The notes beneath the pieces were generated by a model. The model made no database searches and was not told the origin of the DNA. It was given only the letters and a program-made list of their open reading frames with translations. DNA of 34,845 nucleotides from a virus (taxonomy: Duplodnaviria; Caudoviricetes). Both the position numbers and the translations under genes were made by a program. The DNA lies in the IMG/VR virus record IMGVR_UViG_3300031694_000020, positions 1 through 34,845 of that record; one strand, 5' to 3'. Shown here one piece after another: positions 10,473 to 18,491 of this stretch (its first letter is position 1; every line of letters starts with the position of its first letter).

Positions 10473-10979
10473 ATGTCTTTAACTCAAGTCGGTCCAGACC
10501 TTATATCATCAGTAGCTGGAGTAACTGGGCTTCCTACCCCTGGTAAAATCCTTCAAGTTCTTTATGCAACAAATCATGCGTATATAACTTCAACAAATTT
10601 ATGTGCTTTTGATGATTCTATAATGCAGATTACGGAGGGAGTAGAGATACTTACGAAAGCAATTACACCTGCACATGCTTCGAATTTACTGAAGATTGAT
10701 TTTTTTAGTACAGTTGGTGGAACGGAAAATTACAAAACGTGGGGAATATTCCAAGATACCACTGCAAATGCACTCGCTACTAGTTATAACTATACTCATT
10801 ATTCAAATGATATTTCTATCTCTACTATCATTGTTGCCGGAACAACCAATGCAACAACAATTCGATTGCGAGTAGCAAACTCCAGTGGATTTATTGCCGT
10901 TAACGGATATTCATCTGCTAGTCCAATTGGAGGAGATATCCCACATTCAACTTTAATTGTTACAGAAATTTCAGCGTAG
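10473..10979 (+). CDS. Tail fibre head-type module 4
   Basis: GKILQV...ITPAHASNLLKI...TLIVTEIS beta-sandwich pattern. AGGAG RBS. Confidence 0.65.
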   Translation: MSLTQVGPDLISSVAGVTGLPTPGKILQVLYATNHAYITSTNLCAFDDSIMQITEGVEILTKAITPAHASNLLKIDFFSTVGGTENYKTWGIFQDTTANALATSYNYTHYSNDISISTIIVAGTTNATTIRLRVANSSGFIAVNGYSSASPIGGDIPHSTLIVTEISA

Positions 10980-10988
10980 GAAAATATA

Positions 10989-11291
10989 ATGGCAACAAAA
11001 TTAAATGACATGGGCGCAATCATTAATTGGAAACATAACTACCAATCAGGCATGGTTACGCGAGATGGAATTATAACTGAGTTTCCTGATGGTATTCCCT
11101 CAGACGCAGACATAGCTACGTGGAAAACTGAGTACGATGCAATGATGGTGGCTACTGCTTACGTAGAAAAAAGAGTAGATGCTTATCCTGCAATAGGAGA
11201 TCAATTGGATGCCTTGTGGAAAGGTGGAGATGCTGAAACTGCAATGAAAGTTATCGTGGACAAAGTTAAGACAGACTTTCCAAAGCCTTAG
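10989..11291 (+). CDS. Tail fibre chaperone-like protein
   Basis: YVEKRVDAYPAIGDQLDALW...KVKTDFPKP, following a fibre head gene. Confidence 0.7.
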   Translation: MATKLNDMGAIINWKHNYQSGMVTRDGIITEFPDGIPSDADIATWKTEYDAMMVATAYVEKRVDAYPAIGDQLDALWKGGDAETAMKVIVDKVKTDFPKP

Positions 11292-11294
11292 AAT

Positions 11295-11804
11295 ATGGTA
11301 GTTGCAGAAACCCTTGCTGGTTTAAGTTTGATTAACAGCGCAGTCAAAGCAATCAGAGGCGTTATAGGAACTTGCCAAGATGTGTCAGAGATTGCTGACC
11401 AAATAGATTCCGTCATCACAGGGACTAAAGAAGTACACACAAAGTCTCACCCGATTGCTACTAAATGGGATAACTTTATAGGTAGAAAACTAGGAGCTTC
11501 AGCAAATAAGTTTTCATTAGGCGCAATAGCTAAAGAAACAATTGATGAACGATTAGCTGAAGAACAGCTACAACTTGTTCGACGTATGATTAATAAGAGG
11601 TTCGGTCCTGATACATGGGATGAGATTGTTGAAGAGAGAAGAATAAGAATAGAAGAACATAACAAAGAGAAGAAAAAAGAAACACAAAAGAAACAAGAAG
11701 CAAATGAGAAGCTATACAAAATATTAGAAACTGTAGCTGGGTATGTTTTTTTAGTAGTAGTTTTATCTGGTGTTGGTGCTTACATTTGGTGGGCTAGAAA
11801 ATAA
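11295..11804 (+). CDS. Hypothetical membrane protein (coiled coil plus C-terminal TM), lysis-region
   Basis: C-terminal hydrophobic VAGYVFLVVVLSGVGAYIWW and tight gene packing. Confidence 0.6.
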   Translation: MVVAETLAGLSLINSAVKAIRGVIGTCQDVSEIADQIDSVITGTKEVHTKSHPIATKWDNFIGRKLGASANKFSLGAIAKETIDERLAEEQLQLVRRMINKRFGPDTWDEIVEERRIRIEEHNKEKKKETQKKQEANEKLYKILETVAGYVFLVVVLSGVGAYIWWARK

Positions 11805-12148
11805 TGGAGTTCGGTGCAAGAGAGCTTCTCACCTTTGCTACTGTACTAGCTGGATTAGCTGGCACATGGGCTGTAATCAAAAGCACTGTGGCTCGTATTC
11901 AAGAGGATCTAAAGTTAGTAGTCAAAGAGATTGCTTCTCTTAACACAAGGCTAGATGCAACTGAGTCAGGAGATGCAGTAATGAAACACCAAGTTGGTGT
12001 TCTAGGTGGGATGCTTAGTCCTACAGAGATGAGAGCTGTGTCGAGAGAACTGGAGGGACTACAGCATAGGGTTACTTCTCTTCGTCGCGATACTGATAAC
12101 CTTATGGGTATCCATAATGGCAGTCATCCAACAACTAACGGGGGATAG
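11804..12148 (+). CDS. Hypothetical membrane protein (N-terminal TM plus coiled coil)
   Basis: LLTFATVLAGLAGTWAVI followed by a heptad pattern, immediately upstream of the endolysin. Confidence 0.6.
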   Translation: MEFGARELLTFATVLAGLAGTWAVIKSTVARIQEDLKLVVKEIASLNTRLDATESGDAVMKHQVGVLGGMLSPTEMRAVSRELEGLQHRVTSLRRDTDNLMGIHNGSHPTTNGG

Positions 12149-12151
12149 ATA

Positions 12152-12574
12152 GTGGAGTATGGACATTTTTCACAAGCACCTTGGGAGGAAAGTAGGTGGC
12201 CTAACTTTAAAGCAGTTGAGTTTGCATGTCCTCATTGTGGTGAGTACTACCATGATGAGTGGATGCTTGACGGCATCCAACACCTGCGACGAAGTCTTAA
12301 TCAACCAGTACAAATTAACAGTGCAAGGCGTTGTGCCTTCTACAACGCGAGTAATAAAATCGGAGGAGCAGTCCGTAGTGAACATAAAGTGCGTGTTGCC
12401 TTTGACATCTCAATCCGAAACCGTGATCCAGCCAAACTACTTGGGATACTCAGAGAGTATGGGTATTCTACCTTTGGTTTCTATGGTTCGTTCGTTCATG
12501 TAGACGCTAGAAAGAACAGGCGTTGGTCAACTAAGTCAGGAAAAAAAGTATGGAAATCATTGGTAGTCTTTTAG
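12152..12574 (+). CDS. Endolysin, peptidase M15 (Zn D-Ala-D-Ala carboxypeptidase-like)
   Basis: NFxxxEFAC, INSARRC..YN, GG...SEH-x4-AFDI and FVHVD supply the H/D/H Zn ligands. Confidence 0.88.
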   Translation: MEYGHFSQAPWEESRWPNFKAVEFACPHCGEYYHDEWMLDGIQHLRRSLNQPVQINSARRCAFYNASNKIGGAVRSEHKVRVAFDISIRNRDPAKLLGILREYGYSTFGFYGSFVHVDARKNRRWSTKSGKKVWKSLVVF

Positions 12575-13092
12575 GTGCAGGAGCTAGCGTTGCTTCAGGT
12601 GGGCTGTTTGGTTTAGTGGGTAGTCTAATAGGTGTGGGTACTAAGTACCTGCAACAGCGTCAAGCTAACGCTCAGAAAGATAAAGATTGGAAACATGAGA
12701 TAGAGCTTCGTAAGCTTAACATGGAAGCAGGAGATCGTGAGACAGAGAACGAGCTAGCAATAGCACAGTCAGAAGGATCTTGGAAAGGACTTGAAGCTAG
12801 CTACAAGACTGTCGTTGCCGCTAGTAGTGTGCATACAGTAGTCAATGATATACGTTCTTTGTTCAGACCTATACTTACTTTAAGTTTGATTGTCTTATCT
12901 GCATTATTATTTTGGTGGGTGTGGTCAGGTATAACTGAAGGCAAAGGCAATGTGTTAATGATATTTGATCAAGGAGATATCAAAGATATCATACGGTATA
13001 TGATCTATAGTATATTTTTCTCTACATCTACTGCAATTGTTTGGTGGTTTGGTGATCGTGCGATGGCACCTCCGGGTCTGACTCGTCGGTAA
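12550..13092 (+). CDS. Putative holin (3TM-holin-like)
   Basis: Gly-rich hydrophobic N-terminus, IRSLFRPILT TM segment and WWFGDR C-terminal motif. Overlaps the endolysin gene. Confidence 0.7.
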   Translation: MEIIGSLLGAGASVASGGLFGLVGSLIGVGTKYLQQRQANAQKDKDWKHEIELRKLNMEAGDRETENELAIAQSEGSWKGLEASYKTVVAASSVHTVVNDIRSLFRPILTLSLIVLSALLFWWVWSGITEGKGNVLMIFDQGDIKDIIRYMIYSIFFSTSTAIVWWFGDRAMAPPGLTRR

Positions 13093-13201
13093 TAAAGTGT
13101 AGATCACCCAGCTCACGCTTACATCTTCTGCATAAATACTCAGGTAGTATGGGGCGAGTCCATGCTCCACACCAAGGGCAGTCATATAAATTTATCCCAA
13201 T
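13028..13201 (-). CDS. Putative 57-aa Zn-ribbon protein with ATT start (not in ORF track)
   Basis: AAGGAGG 8 nt upstream of ATT. Reads (M)GINLYDCPWCGAWTRPILPEYLCRRCKRELGDLH... Confidence 0.5.
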   Translation of the reverse strand: MGINLYDCPWCGAWTRPILPEYLCRRCKRELGDLHFITDESDPEVPSHDHQTTKQLQ

Positions 13202-13218
13202 AGATTAGTCCTCCTTTG

Positions 13219-13494
13219 TTATATACCTAACCATTCATCGTAAGTCTTTGGGTTTTCTTCTGTTGTGAAAGCTAAGTATGTATCATACCTATCTTGCAGT
13301 GGTGACGTAGGTAACGGTATGTCTTTCACTATCCTATCAAAGGCTTCATTGATTTGATAGGGGGTTATGTCATCAATAGCAGACAGCATTTTCTTGAGCT
13401 GTTCTGCTGTTGCTTCACTGTCAACACTACGCATGTCACGCCAAGTATTTTTTACTTCGAGTATGTCAGTAAATAAATAAGATAACTTGCTCAT
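13219..13494 (-). CDS. Hypothetical protein
   Basis: ATG overlaps the upstream stop. AAGGA RBS. Confidence 0.7.
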   Translation of the reverse strand: MSKLSYLFTDILEVKNTWRDMRSVDSEATAEQLKKMLSAIDDITPYQINEAFDRIVKDIPLPTSPLQDRYDTYLAFTTEENPKTYDEWLGI

Positions 13495-13706
13495 TTGTTA
13501 TCCTTCTTTGGCTTCAGCTCTTTAATTATAATCTCCCATTTGATTTCACCTTCTTGATAGAACGTTAATTCAGAAAGGTTATGTCTACTATCTGTGAACT
13601 CAATGTGAGTAGCAGTAACTTTTCCATGTGACCCATCAGGATCAGCAGGGATAGAGTTAGTGTGATGCTCTATTTCTTTTATGTCATGTAGAGTTATAGT
13701 TTGCAC
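13491..13706 (-). CDS. Hypothetical protein
   Basis: GTG start with an AAGGA RBS, packed in the operon. Confidence 0.7.
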   Translation of the reverse strand: MQTITLHDIKEIEHHTNSIPADPDGSHGKVTATHIEFTDSRHNLSELTFYQEGEIKWEIIIKELKPKKDNK

Positions 13707-13721
13707 TGGTTGTCCTTTCGG

Positions 13722-14141
13722 TTAGTAGATTATTTCAGTATGCGCTGGTGGGTTAGCAGTATGTAGTCTGCGACAATCATCACACCTGAATAGTGTGTTG
13801 GTGCGTGGCATAAACTCAGCGCGACATGCCATACATTTACGTGGTTTGTCTGGTCGTTGCGGATCAACATCGGACTTAGGTCTGCGTCCGTTCATCATGT
13901 CATCTGGTATTCTTCTTCTTTTTTTTTGGTACTCTCTGTTGTATTCGGTCCTGCTTAGCTTAACTTTTTTTTCTGGTTGGCTAGTCCTTTGCGATTCAAA
14001 TTCTTTTCTTCTGCTCCATTCGTTCTTGTACCACGGAGGTGTTGGTCCGTTGTACTGGAGTTCTATCTTGTTGCAGAACTCAAAGTATTCTGTTTGGTAT
14101 TGCTCGTCTTTCATTTTTTCCTCCGTAGTAAAGAGAGGCAA
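13722..14141 (-). CDS. Basic protein with C-terminal Zn finger (putative transcription regulator)
   Basis: RKCMACRAEF...FRCDDC. Start uncertain. Confidence 0.6.
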   Translation of the reverse strand: MPLFTTEEKMKDEQYQTEYFEFCNKIELQYNGPTPPWYKNEWSRRKEFESQRTSQPEKKVKLSRTEYNREYQKKRRRIPDDMMNGRRPKSDVDPQRPDKPRKCMACRAEFMPRTNTLFRCDDCRRLHTANPPAHTEIIY

Positions 14142-14221
14142 GGAGTTCTCTAGCTCCCCACCTCTCTCACTTGCCAGCCTAAGTAGCTTATCCTGGTGTA
14201 CCAGGTCACATACTCAGTGCT

Positions 14222-14497
14222 TTAGAAAGGGATGTCATCTTTCTCTGATGCTGGCCCAGCGGGTGCGGCTTGCGCTTGGGTAGCGCCGCCCCCTCCTGCC
14301 CATTCTTTCTTCTCGTACATATTCATCCATCCATCCCACTCATTGCCAAGTGGTATAGCGTCTAGCTTTATGCAAATAGATTGGTCGTCACGCTCAAACA
14401 TTTTACCGCAGGTCTGGTAACTATTCTTGCTCTCGCCTTGTGCATTGATGTACTTGCCAGTAGTAGCAACAACATCTTTGATATATTTTAAACCCAT
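14222..14497 (-). CDS. Small ssDNA-binding-like protein
   Basis: Beta-rich core, Gly/Ala linker and SSB-type DDIPF C-terminus. Adjacent to the annealase. Confidence 0.65.
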   Translation of the reverse strand: MGLKYIKDVVATTGKYINAQGESKNSYQTCGKMFERDDQSICIKLDAIPLGNEWDGWMNMYEKKEWAGGGGATQAQAAPAGPASEKDDIPF

Positions 14498-14508
14498 ACT
14501 GTATCTCC

Positions 14509-15165
14509 TTATGTAGGTTGTGGTGTGGAGTCATCATTATTAATGACTCTTTGTTTCGCGCCTGAATAGGCTCGTCTTAGTTCGTTGGTTTGTTCAGCAT
14601 ACGGCTCAAGTTTAACAGCTAGTGTTTTACTCTTAACAATTAGTACGTCTACTTGAGCTTGGTCATCAGCGTCGTCAAACTCAGCCACTAATTCATGCAG
14701 TTCTGTGACTAAAGCTTTGCTAATCTCTGGTACTTTAGGTGCAAATTCTTTTGTTACTTGTTGTATGTATTTGTTGTCATCGAATTTACCAAGGAACACA
14801 TCAGCATTGAACCCAAGTAAGCTCAAGCATTTTGTTACACCATCAGTCACAGCTTTCTTAGCCGCGTCTTCATCTACTCGTCCAGTACCTAAAGATTTTT
14901 GTCCGCACTGACGAACAGTTTGTTCTCTACTACCATGCCATAGTTCAACATCAGCAATGATAGTATCGTTTGAAGGGAAGATAAGAGTGTAGCTGTATCC
15001 CCATCCAGTACCGCAAGGTCCGAATACTTCGGTAGCTTTCTGCACCTGCGACATCTGATCTATGGCTGTGAAGCCACCGCGTTGGTTAACTTTCTTAGTA
15101 CTATTAGGATCAGTAACGCAGACCTGATTCCATAGTGACATATGCTTAGAGTCTAAAGAAGCCAT
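14509..15165 (-). CDS. Rad52/Sak-like single-strand annealing recombinase
   Basis: GFTAID...TEVFGPCGTGWG and DEDAAKKAVTDGVTKCLSLLGFNADVF. Lies between the exonuclease and SSB-like genes. Confidence 0.78.
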   Translation of the reverse strand: MASLDSKHMSLWNQVCVTDPNSTKKVNQRGGFTAIDQMSQVQKATEVFGPCGTGWGYSYTLIFPSNDTIIADVELWHGSREQTVRQCGQKSLGTGRVDEDAAKKAVTDGVTKCLSLLGFNADVFLGKFDDNKYIQQVTKEFAPKVPEISKALVTELHELVAEFDDADDQAQVDVLIVKSKTLAVKLEPYAEQTNELRRAYSGAKQRVINNDDSTPQPT

Positions 15166-15177
15166 AGCATTTCCTTT

Positions 15178-15453
15178 CTAGTTTCGTAGTTGTCGTAGTT
15201 CAAAGAAGCCTTCATGTTCTGGATTAAGATGCATAAACAATCTGGCATAGTAAGGCACAACATGGTCATTGATCTTAAAGTCTTGGTCGTTAGTTTCAAT
15301 GTCGTTATGCCAACGGATTAATTCTATTATAGTACGAGAGGAGTAGTGCTTGCGCCCAGTGTTAATAGCTTTGAATGCGTAGCTACTGAACAGTTCGTAG
15401 ACATGAGGATTATCTTTATGAAATTTCCACCACTGTTCTTTAAGGTTGCTCAT
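15178..15453 (-). CDS. Conserved-looking phage hypothetical protein
   Basis: FHKDNPHVYELF...IRWH...FKINDH..YYARLFM...FFELR pattern recalled from uncharacterised phage proteins. Confidence 0.75.
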   Translation of the reverse strand: MSNLKEQWWKFHKDNPHVYELFSSYAFKAINTGRKHYSSRTIIELIRWHNDIETNDQDFKINDHVVPYYARLFMHLNPEHEGFFELRQLRN

Positions 15454-15673
15454 GATCTGCTTTCATTTCAGCAATTGTTTGTTGTCTCCATATACCATCA
15501 CCTAAAGGTATGAATTTTTTTCCTACTTTTTTAGGGTTATCAAATCTTGCTGATACTAAATATTCTTTAGCGCCAGCTAGTGTTCGATAGAATCTTCCAA
15601 GTTCTTGGTCGAACCAAAGAACCTTTGATCCATTTCTAACTCTTTCAAATATACGATACTTGTGAGTAAACAT
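15440..15673 (-). CDS. Hypothetical protein
   Basis: AAGG RBS. Fills the gap in the operon. Confidence 0.65.
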   Translation of the reverse strand: MFTHKYRIFERVRNGSKVLWFDQELGRFYRTLAGAKEYLVSARFDNPKKVGKKFIPLGDGIWRQQTIAEMKADHEQP

Positions 15674-15690
15674 ATTAATACCTTTCTATA

Positions 15691-16578
15691 TTATGTTGGA
15701 GAAATTTTTAATGCGTCGTTCTTTGATCGGGATATTCTTATGCCGTTAGCTGTTACAGATCGAGCATCATCAGGTACAATTTTCTTTAACTGTTTAGTTG
15801 CAGACTCATTCTCTTTCTTTGATTTGATTGTGTCTAACCACATCTCTGATAGCTCGTTCCATTCTGATCCATAGTTACTAGCATCTACTTCTTCTTCATC
15901 GATGGATCTATATGTATCAACCTTTAGTTTCTCACTCTTAACTCCACCTGAATCTAAAGGAGGTAGCTTTAGTTTAACGTGCTCCCAAAAAGCAGATGAT
16001 TCTTTGATGATCTGTTTCTGTAAGGCTTTGTTTTCATGGTATATAATAGCATCACCTATTGTATTGCCATAGATAGGAGAGATTATAGATACCCTGGTAT
16101 CAGTGCACATCATCTGCTGTTGCATCTGCCACTTGTATGTGTCGAGTACTCTATCTTCTGGCTTATCATAATTTCCATACGCATAAGGGTTGGTGTGTTT
16201 GCAATCCATGACACCCGGCTCATCATGTACAGTGCACCATGCATCTGGTGTAGCAGATAAGAACTTATACTTAGGGTGTATGTAGGTGGCGAGGGATTGT
16301 TTATTTACTGGCCCTTGGTTTAGTCTACGATCTGATTCAGTAAAGTACTCAGGGTCAGAGTACATTCTCCATGCTATATTGAATGGTTCTGTTTGTATGC
16401 CAAGCTGGACTACAAACTTAGTGCTTAAATCTACAGGAGGTACAAGGTTTAACTTCTGTTCGTATACTTCTAACCATTTACCATCCATGATTCTTCCTAT
16501 CTCTGAAGCACCAATAGTTTTGCGACGGTTAGATATCTGTTCATCACTGAACGAGTTAGACTCTGGAGGTTTGTTCAT
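15691..16578 (-). CDS. YqaJ-like (lambda Exo family) recombination exonuclease
   Basis: RRKTIGASEI, G...E, FLSATPDA, MDCKH and YKWQMQQQM PD-(D/E)xK motifs. Confidence 0.88.
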   Translation of the reverse strand: MNKPPESNSFSDEQISNRRKTIGASEIGRIMDGKWLEVYEQKLNLVPPVDLSTKFVVQLGIQTEPFNIAWRMYSDPEYFTESDRRLNQGPVNKQSLATYIHPKYKFLSATPDAWCTVHDEPGVMDCKHTNPYAYGNYDKPEDRVLDTYKWQMQQQMMCTDTRVSIISPIYGNTIGDAIIYHENKALQKQIIKESSAFWEHVKLKLPPLDSGGVKSEKLKVDTYRSIDEEEVDASNYGSEWNELSEMWLDTIKSKKENESATKQLKKIVPDDARSVTANGIRISRSKNDALKISPT

Positions 16579-16787
16579 TAAGTAGCTCCCAACATAAGGA
16601 TGTCAGCTCTAAGATTTTCAATGAGATGAAGCTGTGTGTGCATTGGCTCACCAACAAGCTGGTCTTCAGCATGGTCATGCAATCTATCGAGTATTTTAAA
16701 ACAAGTCTCCATTCTTTTATGCTTAATGTCAGCAGTACGTACTGTCTGCTCGATGTCTAAAATTGGTAAAGCGTCTACTAAACTCAT
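16578..16787 (-). CDS. Hypothetical protein, first gene of the leftward operon
   Basis: GGAG RBS. Its stop overlaps the exonuclease ATG. Confidence 0.7.
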   Translation of the reverse strand: MSLVDALPILDIEQTVRTADIKHKRMETCFKILDRLHDHAEDQLVGEPMHTQLHLIENLRADILMLGAT

Positions 16788-16811
16788 ACTGTATCTCCCA
16801 AGTTAAATGTT

Positions 16812-16840
16812 ATAGTAACCTGCATTAGTGCAAGTTACAA
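16812..16840 (-). promoter_or_regulatory. Leftward sigma70-type promoter overlapped by a palindromic operator
   Basis: TTGTAA N17 TACTAT on the minus strand. Imperfect palindrome GTAACCTGCATTAGTGCAAGTTAC at 16815-16838. Confidence 0.6.
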
Positions 16841-16846
16841 GTTTAA

Positions 16847-16902
16847 TTAAACCTCCGAATCCGGCGGCTCTGGCCGTGAAGCCGCCGCGTTCGGAGGTTT
16901 AA
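16847..16902. repeat. GC-rich inverted repeat (13-bp outer plus 8-bp inner stem)
   Basis: TTAAACCTCCGAA/TTCGGAGGTTTAA and CGGCGGCT/AGCCGCCG, between the divergent promoters. Confidence 0.85.
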
Positions 16903-16932
16903 ATAATATACTATTTAGTTTTATTAGTTGTC

Positions 16933-16961
16933 TTGTTAGAATAGCGTAAGTGCAGTAGCTT
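16933..16961 (+). promoter_or_regulatory. Rightward promoter, probably giving a leaderless mRNA
   Basis: TTGTTA N17 TAGCTT, 6 nt before ATG 16968, with no SD. The spacer contains the operator-like GCGTAAGTGCA. Confidence 0.45.
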
Positions 16962-16967
16962 GTTTGC

Positions 16968-17159
16968 ATGAAACATTTTTTCTGTTACTTAGAACAATTA
17001 CAAACTCACGCATTACAATGCAATGTCCCATTGAAACATGCGTGTCTTAACGCGGGGTTGCCTGACTCTACTTATTATAGGTGGATGAATAGAACTACTG
17101 CACCTAGTGATAGATCGGCACGATTAGTCTATGACCAAATTACAAGTATGGCTTGCTGA
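16968..17159 (+). CDS. Cro-like HTH regulator
   Basis: LKHACLNAGLPDSTYYRWMNRTTAPS HTH pattern. First gene of the rightward unit. Confidence 0.72.
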   Translation: MKHFFCYLEQLQTHALQCNVPLKHACLNAGLPDSTYYRWMNRTTAPSDRSARLVYDQITSMAC

Positions 17160-17160
17160 T

Positions 17161-17403
17161 ATGAGAGCAATTGATGAAGAAGAATTATTTTCTACTACAT
17201 TGATTATAGAAAAATTAGTTGATCGCCGAAATGAATTGGGTCTTACTCAAGCAGATGTAGATGACCTACTTAATACAACCTATGGATTGTGTGGTAAGTG
17301 GGAGGCTGGGATTAGAACACCTCATGCTTCTTCTCTTGGTAGATGGATAGATTGTTTAGCTTGCACTATAGACTTAATACCATTGGAGGATCTTGATGAC
17401 TAG
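17161..17403 (+). CDS. XRE-family HTH protein
   Basis: RRNELGLTQADV...KWEAGIRTP....L. Start may be 17131 or 17161. Confidence 0.8.
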   Translation: MRAIDEEELFSTTLIIEKLVDRRNELGLTQADVDDLLNTTYGLCGKWEAGIRTPHASSLGRWIDCLACTIDLIPLEDLDD

Positions 17404-17761
17404 CAAGTCTAAACAGAAAGGTGATAGGGCTGAGTATAAAATACGTGACAGGTTTAATGAGATGGGTTTGGTGTGTTCTCGCGTACCTTTGTCTGGCGCT
17501 TTGGGTGGTGAGTACAGTGGTGACCTTCATATTAAAGGATTGTTTAACCGAACACTTACTGCCGAAGTCAAATGCAGAAAGACATCTAATGTTTTTTGGA
17601 AGATGGTTCAAAAATATTTGGGAGACCATGAGTTGTTGTTCCTTATTGAAGACAGGAAAGAACCTTTGGTTGTCATGGAGTTCAGTCTTCTTCAAGAGAT
17701 AATGAGACACCCATCATTATCTGTATTAATTGAAAGGCATAGAGATGAACAGGATGAGTAA
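17396..17761 (+). CDS. Holliday junction resolvase (Hjc-like PD-(D/E)xK)
   Basis: SKQKGDRAE, RVPLSGA, GDL and AEVKCRK motifs. GGAGG RBS. Confidence 0.85.
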   Translation: MTSKSKQKGDRAEYKIRDRFNEMGLVCSRVPLSGALGGEYSGDLHIKGLFNRTLTAEVKCRKTSNVFWKMVQKYLGDHELLFLIEDRKEPLVVMEFSLLQEIMRHPSLSVLIERHRDEQDE

Positions 17762-17930
17762 GATATTAAAGCACGCAGGTAAAGGAGTTAACTCTAACTA
17801 TATGTCAGTAGTTCATGGTCATGCTAAAAGATTTGATGACCCTGTTCGACAGCGTGAGCGCATGTTTACACAGATGTCACGCGAAGATATTAAAAGCTAT
17901 TGGTTAAAACAAATTGATGAACACAGTTAA
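17754..17930 (+). CDS. Hypothetical protein
   Basis: Overlap-coupled small ORF. Start uncertain (17745 or 17754). Confidence 0.55.
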   Translation: MSKILKHAGKGVNSNYMSVVHGHAKRFDDPVRQRERMFTQMSREDIKSYWLKQIDEHS

Positions 17931-18249
17931 GAATGTATTAATAGTTTTCACCTGCTTGTTTATAGCATGGATATTTTTATACACTAACAAAGCTCAGGGT
18001 TTAGAGTCACGATCTTTAGAGATGATGTGTTTAGATACAGAACTGTTTAAAGATTTATTAGTTAACGAACAAAAAGTATTCTTACTTGGTACAATGGATA
18101 GGTCTGGTCATGTCATTGAAGTGTATCGAGACAGTAATTTAAAATGGATGTTAATAGCACGTACTAGTGTAGACAATGAGGTGTGTGTCATAGCATCTGG
18201 CCCTCAATTATTTTTAGCTGACCATTTCATAGAGAAACATTTACCCTAG
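17917..18249 (+). CDS. Hypothetical exported or membrane-anchored protein
   Basis: N-terminal signal/TM VLIVFTCLFIAWIFLY..KAQG and a C-terminal C-V-I-A-S-G motif. Confidence 0.7.
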   Translation: MNTVKNVLIVFTCLFIAWIFLYTNKAQGLESRSLEMMCLDTELFKDLLVNEQKVFLLGTMDRSGHVIEVYRDSNLKWMLIARTSVDNEVCVIASGPQLFLADHFIEKHLP

Positions 18250-18287
18250 CAGTATGTGTATCAGTAACTGTATTATTATTTCTAACA

Positions 18288-18491
18288 TTAAGTGTGGCAG
18301 TGTCCATCTGTTTCGATACATAGTACCATACCACACCACTCAACAGTAACAGCACCTTGAATTTCAGGGTTAACCTTGTTCAAGAAGCCATAAAAACTAA
18401 GCCCTTCAGTGTGTGCTTGTCTCCATTTCTCACGTAGTTTAGTTCGTTGTGCTGTAGTAAGATCATCAGTTTGTTTCAGGTTCATAAGCAT
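18288..18491 (-). CDS. Small phage protein with WCGM-x-x-IE-x-DG-x-x-H motif
   Basis: C-terminal TVEWCGMVLCIETDGHCHT. GAGGA RBS. Confidence 0.7.
   Translation of the reverse strand: MLMNLKQTDDLTTAQRTKLREKWRQAHTEGLSFYGFLNKVNPEIQGAVTVEWCGMVLCIETDGHCHT

Noticed and set aside
7487-10979. Diversity-generating retroelement or invertible tail cassette
   Set aside because: No reverse transcriptase or invertase, repeat differences are not adenine-specific, and all modules are in the same orientation.
12955-13185. 76-aa minus-strand ORF from the track
   Set aside because: Its ATG is 24 nt from the SD and it overlaps the holin extensively. The Zn-ribbon frame fits the SD better.
13795-14283. Hydrophobic 162-aa plus-strand ORF and similar antisense ORFs across the window
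   Set aside because: Shadow frames of well-supported genes on the opposite strand.
16788-17403. Classical lysogeny module
   Set aside because: No integrase, CI-type peptidase domain or partition genes recognised, so temperate lifestyle is unsupported.
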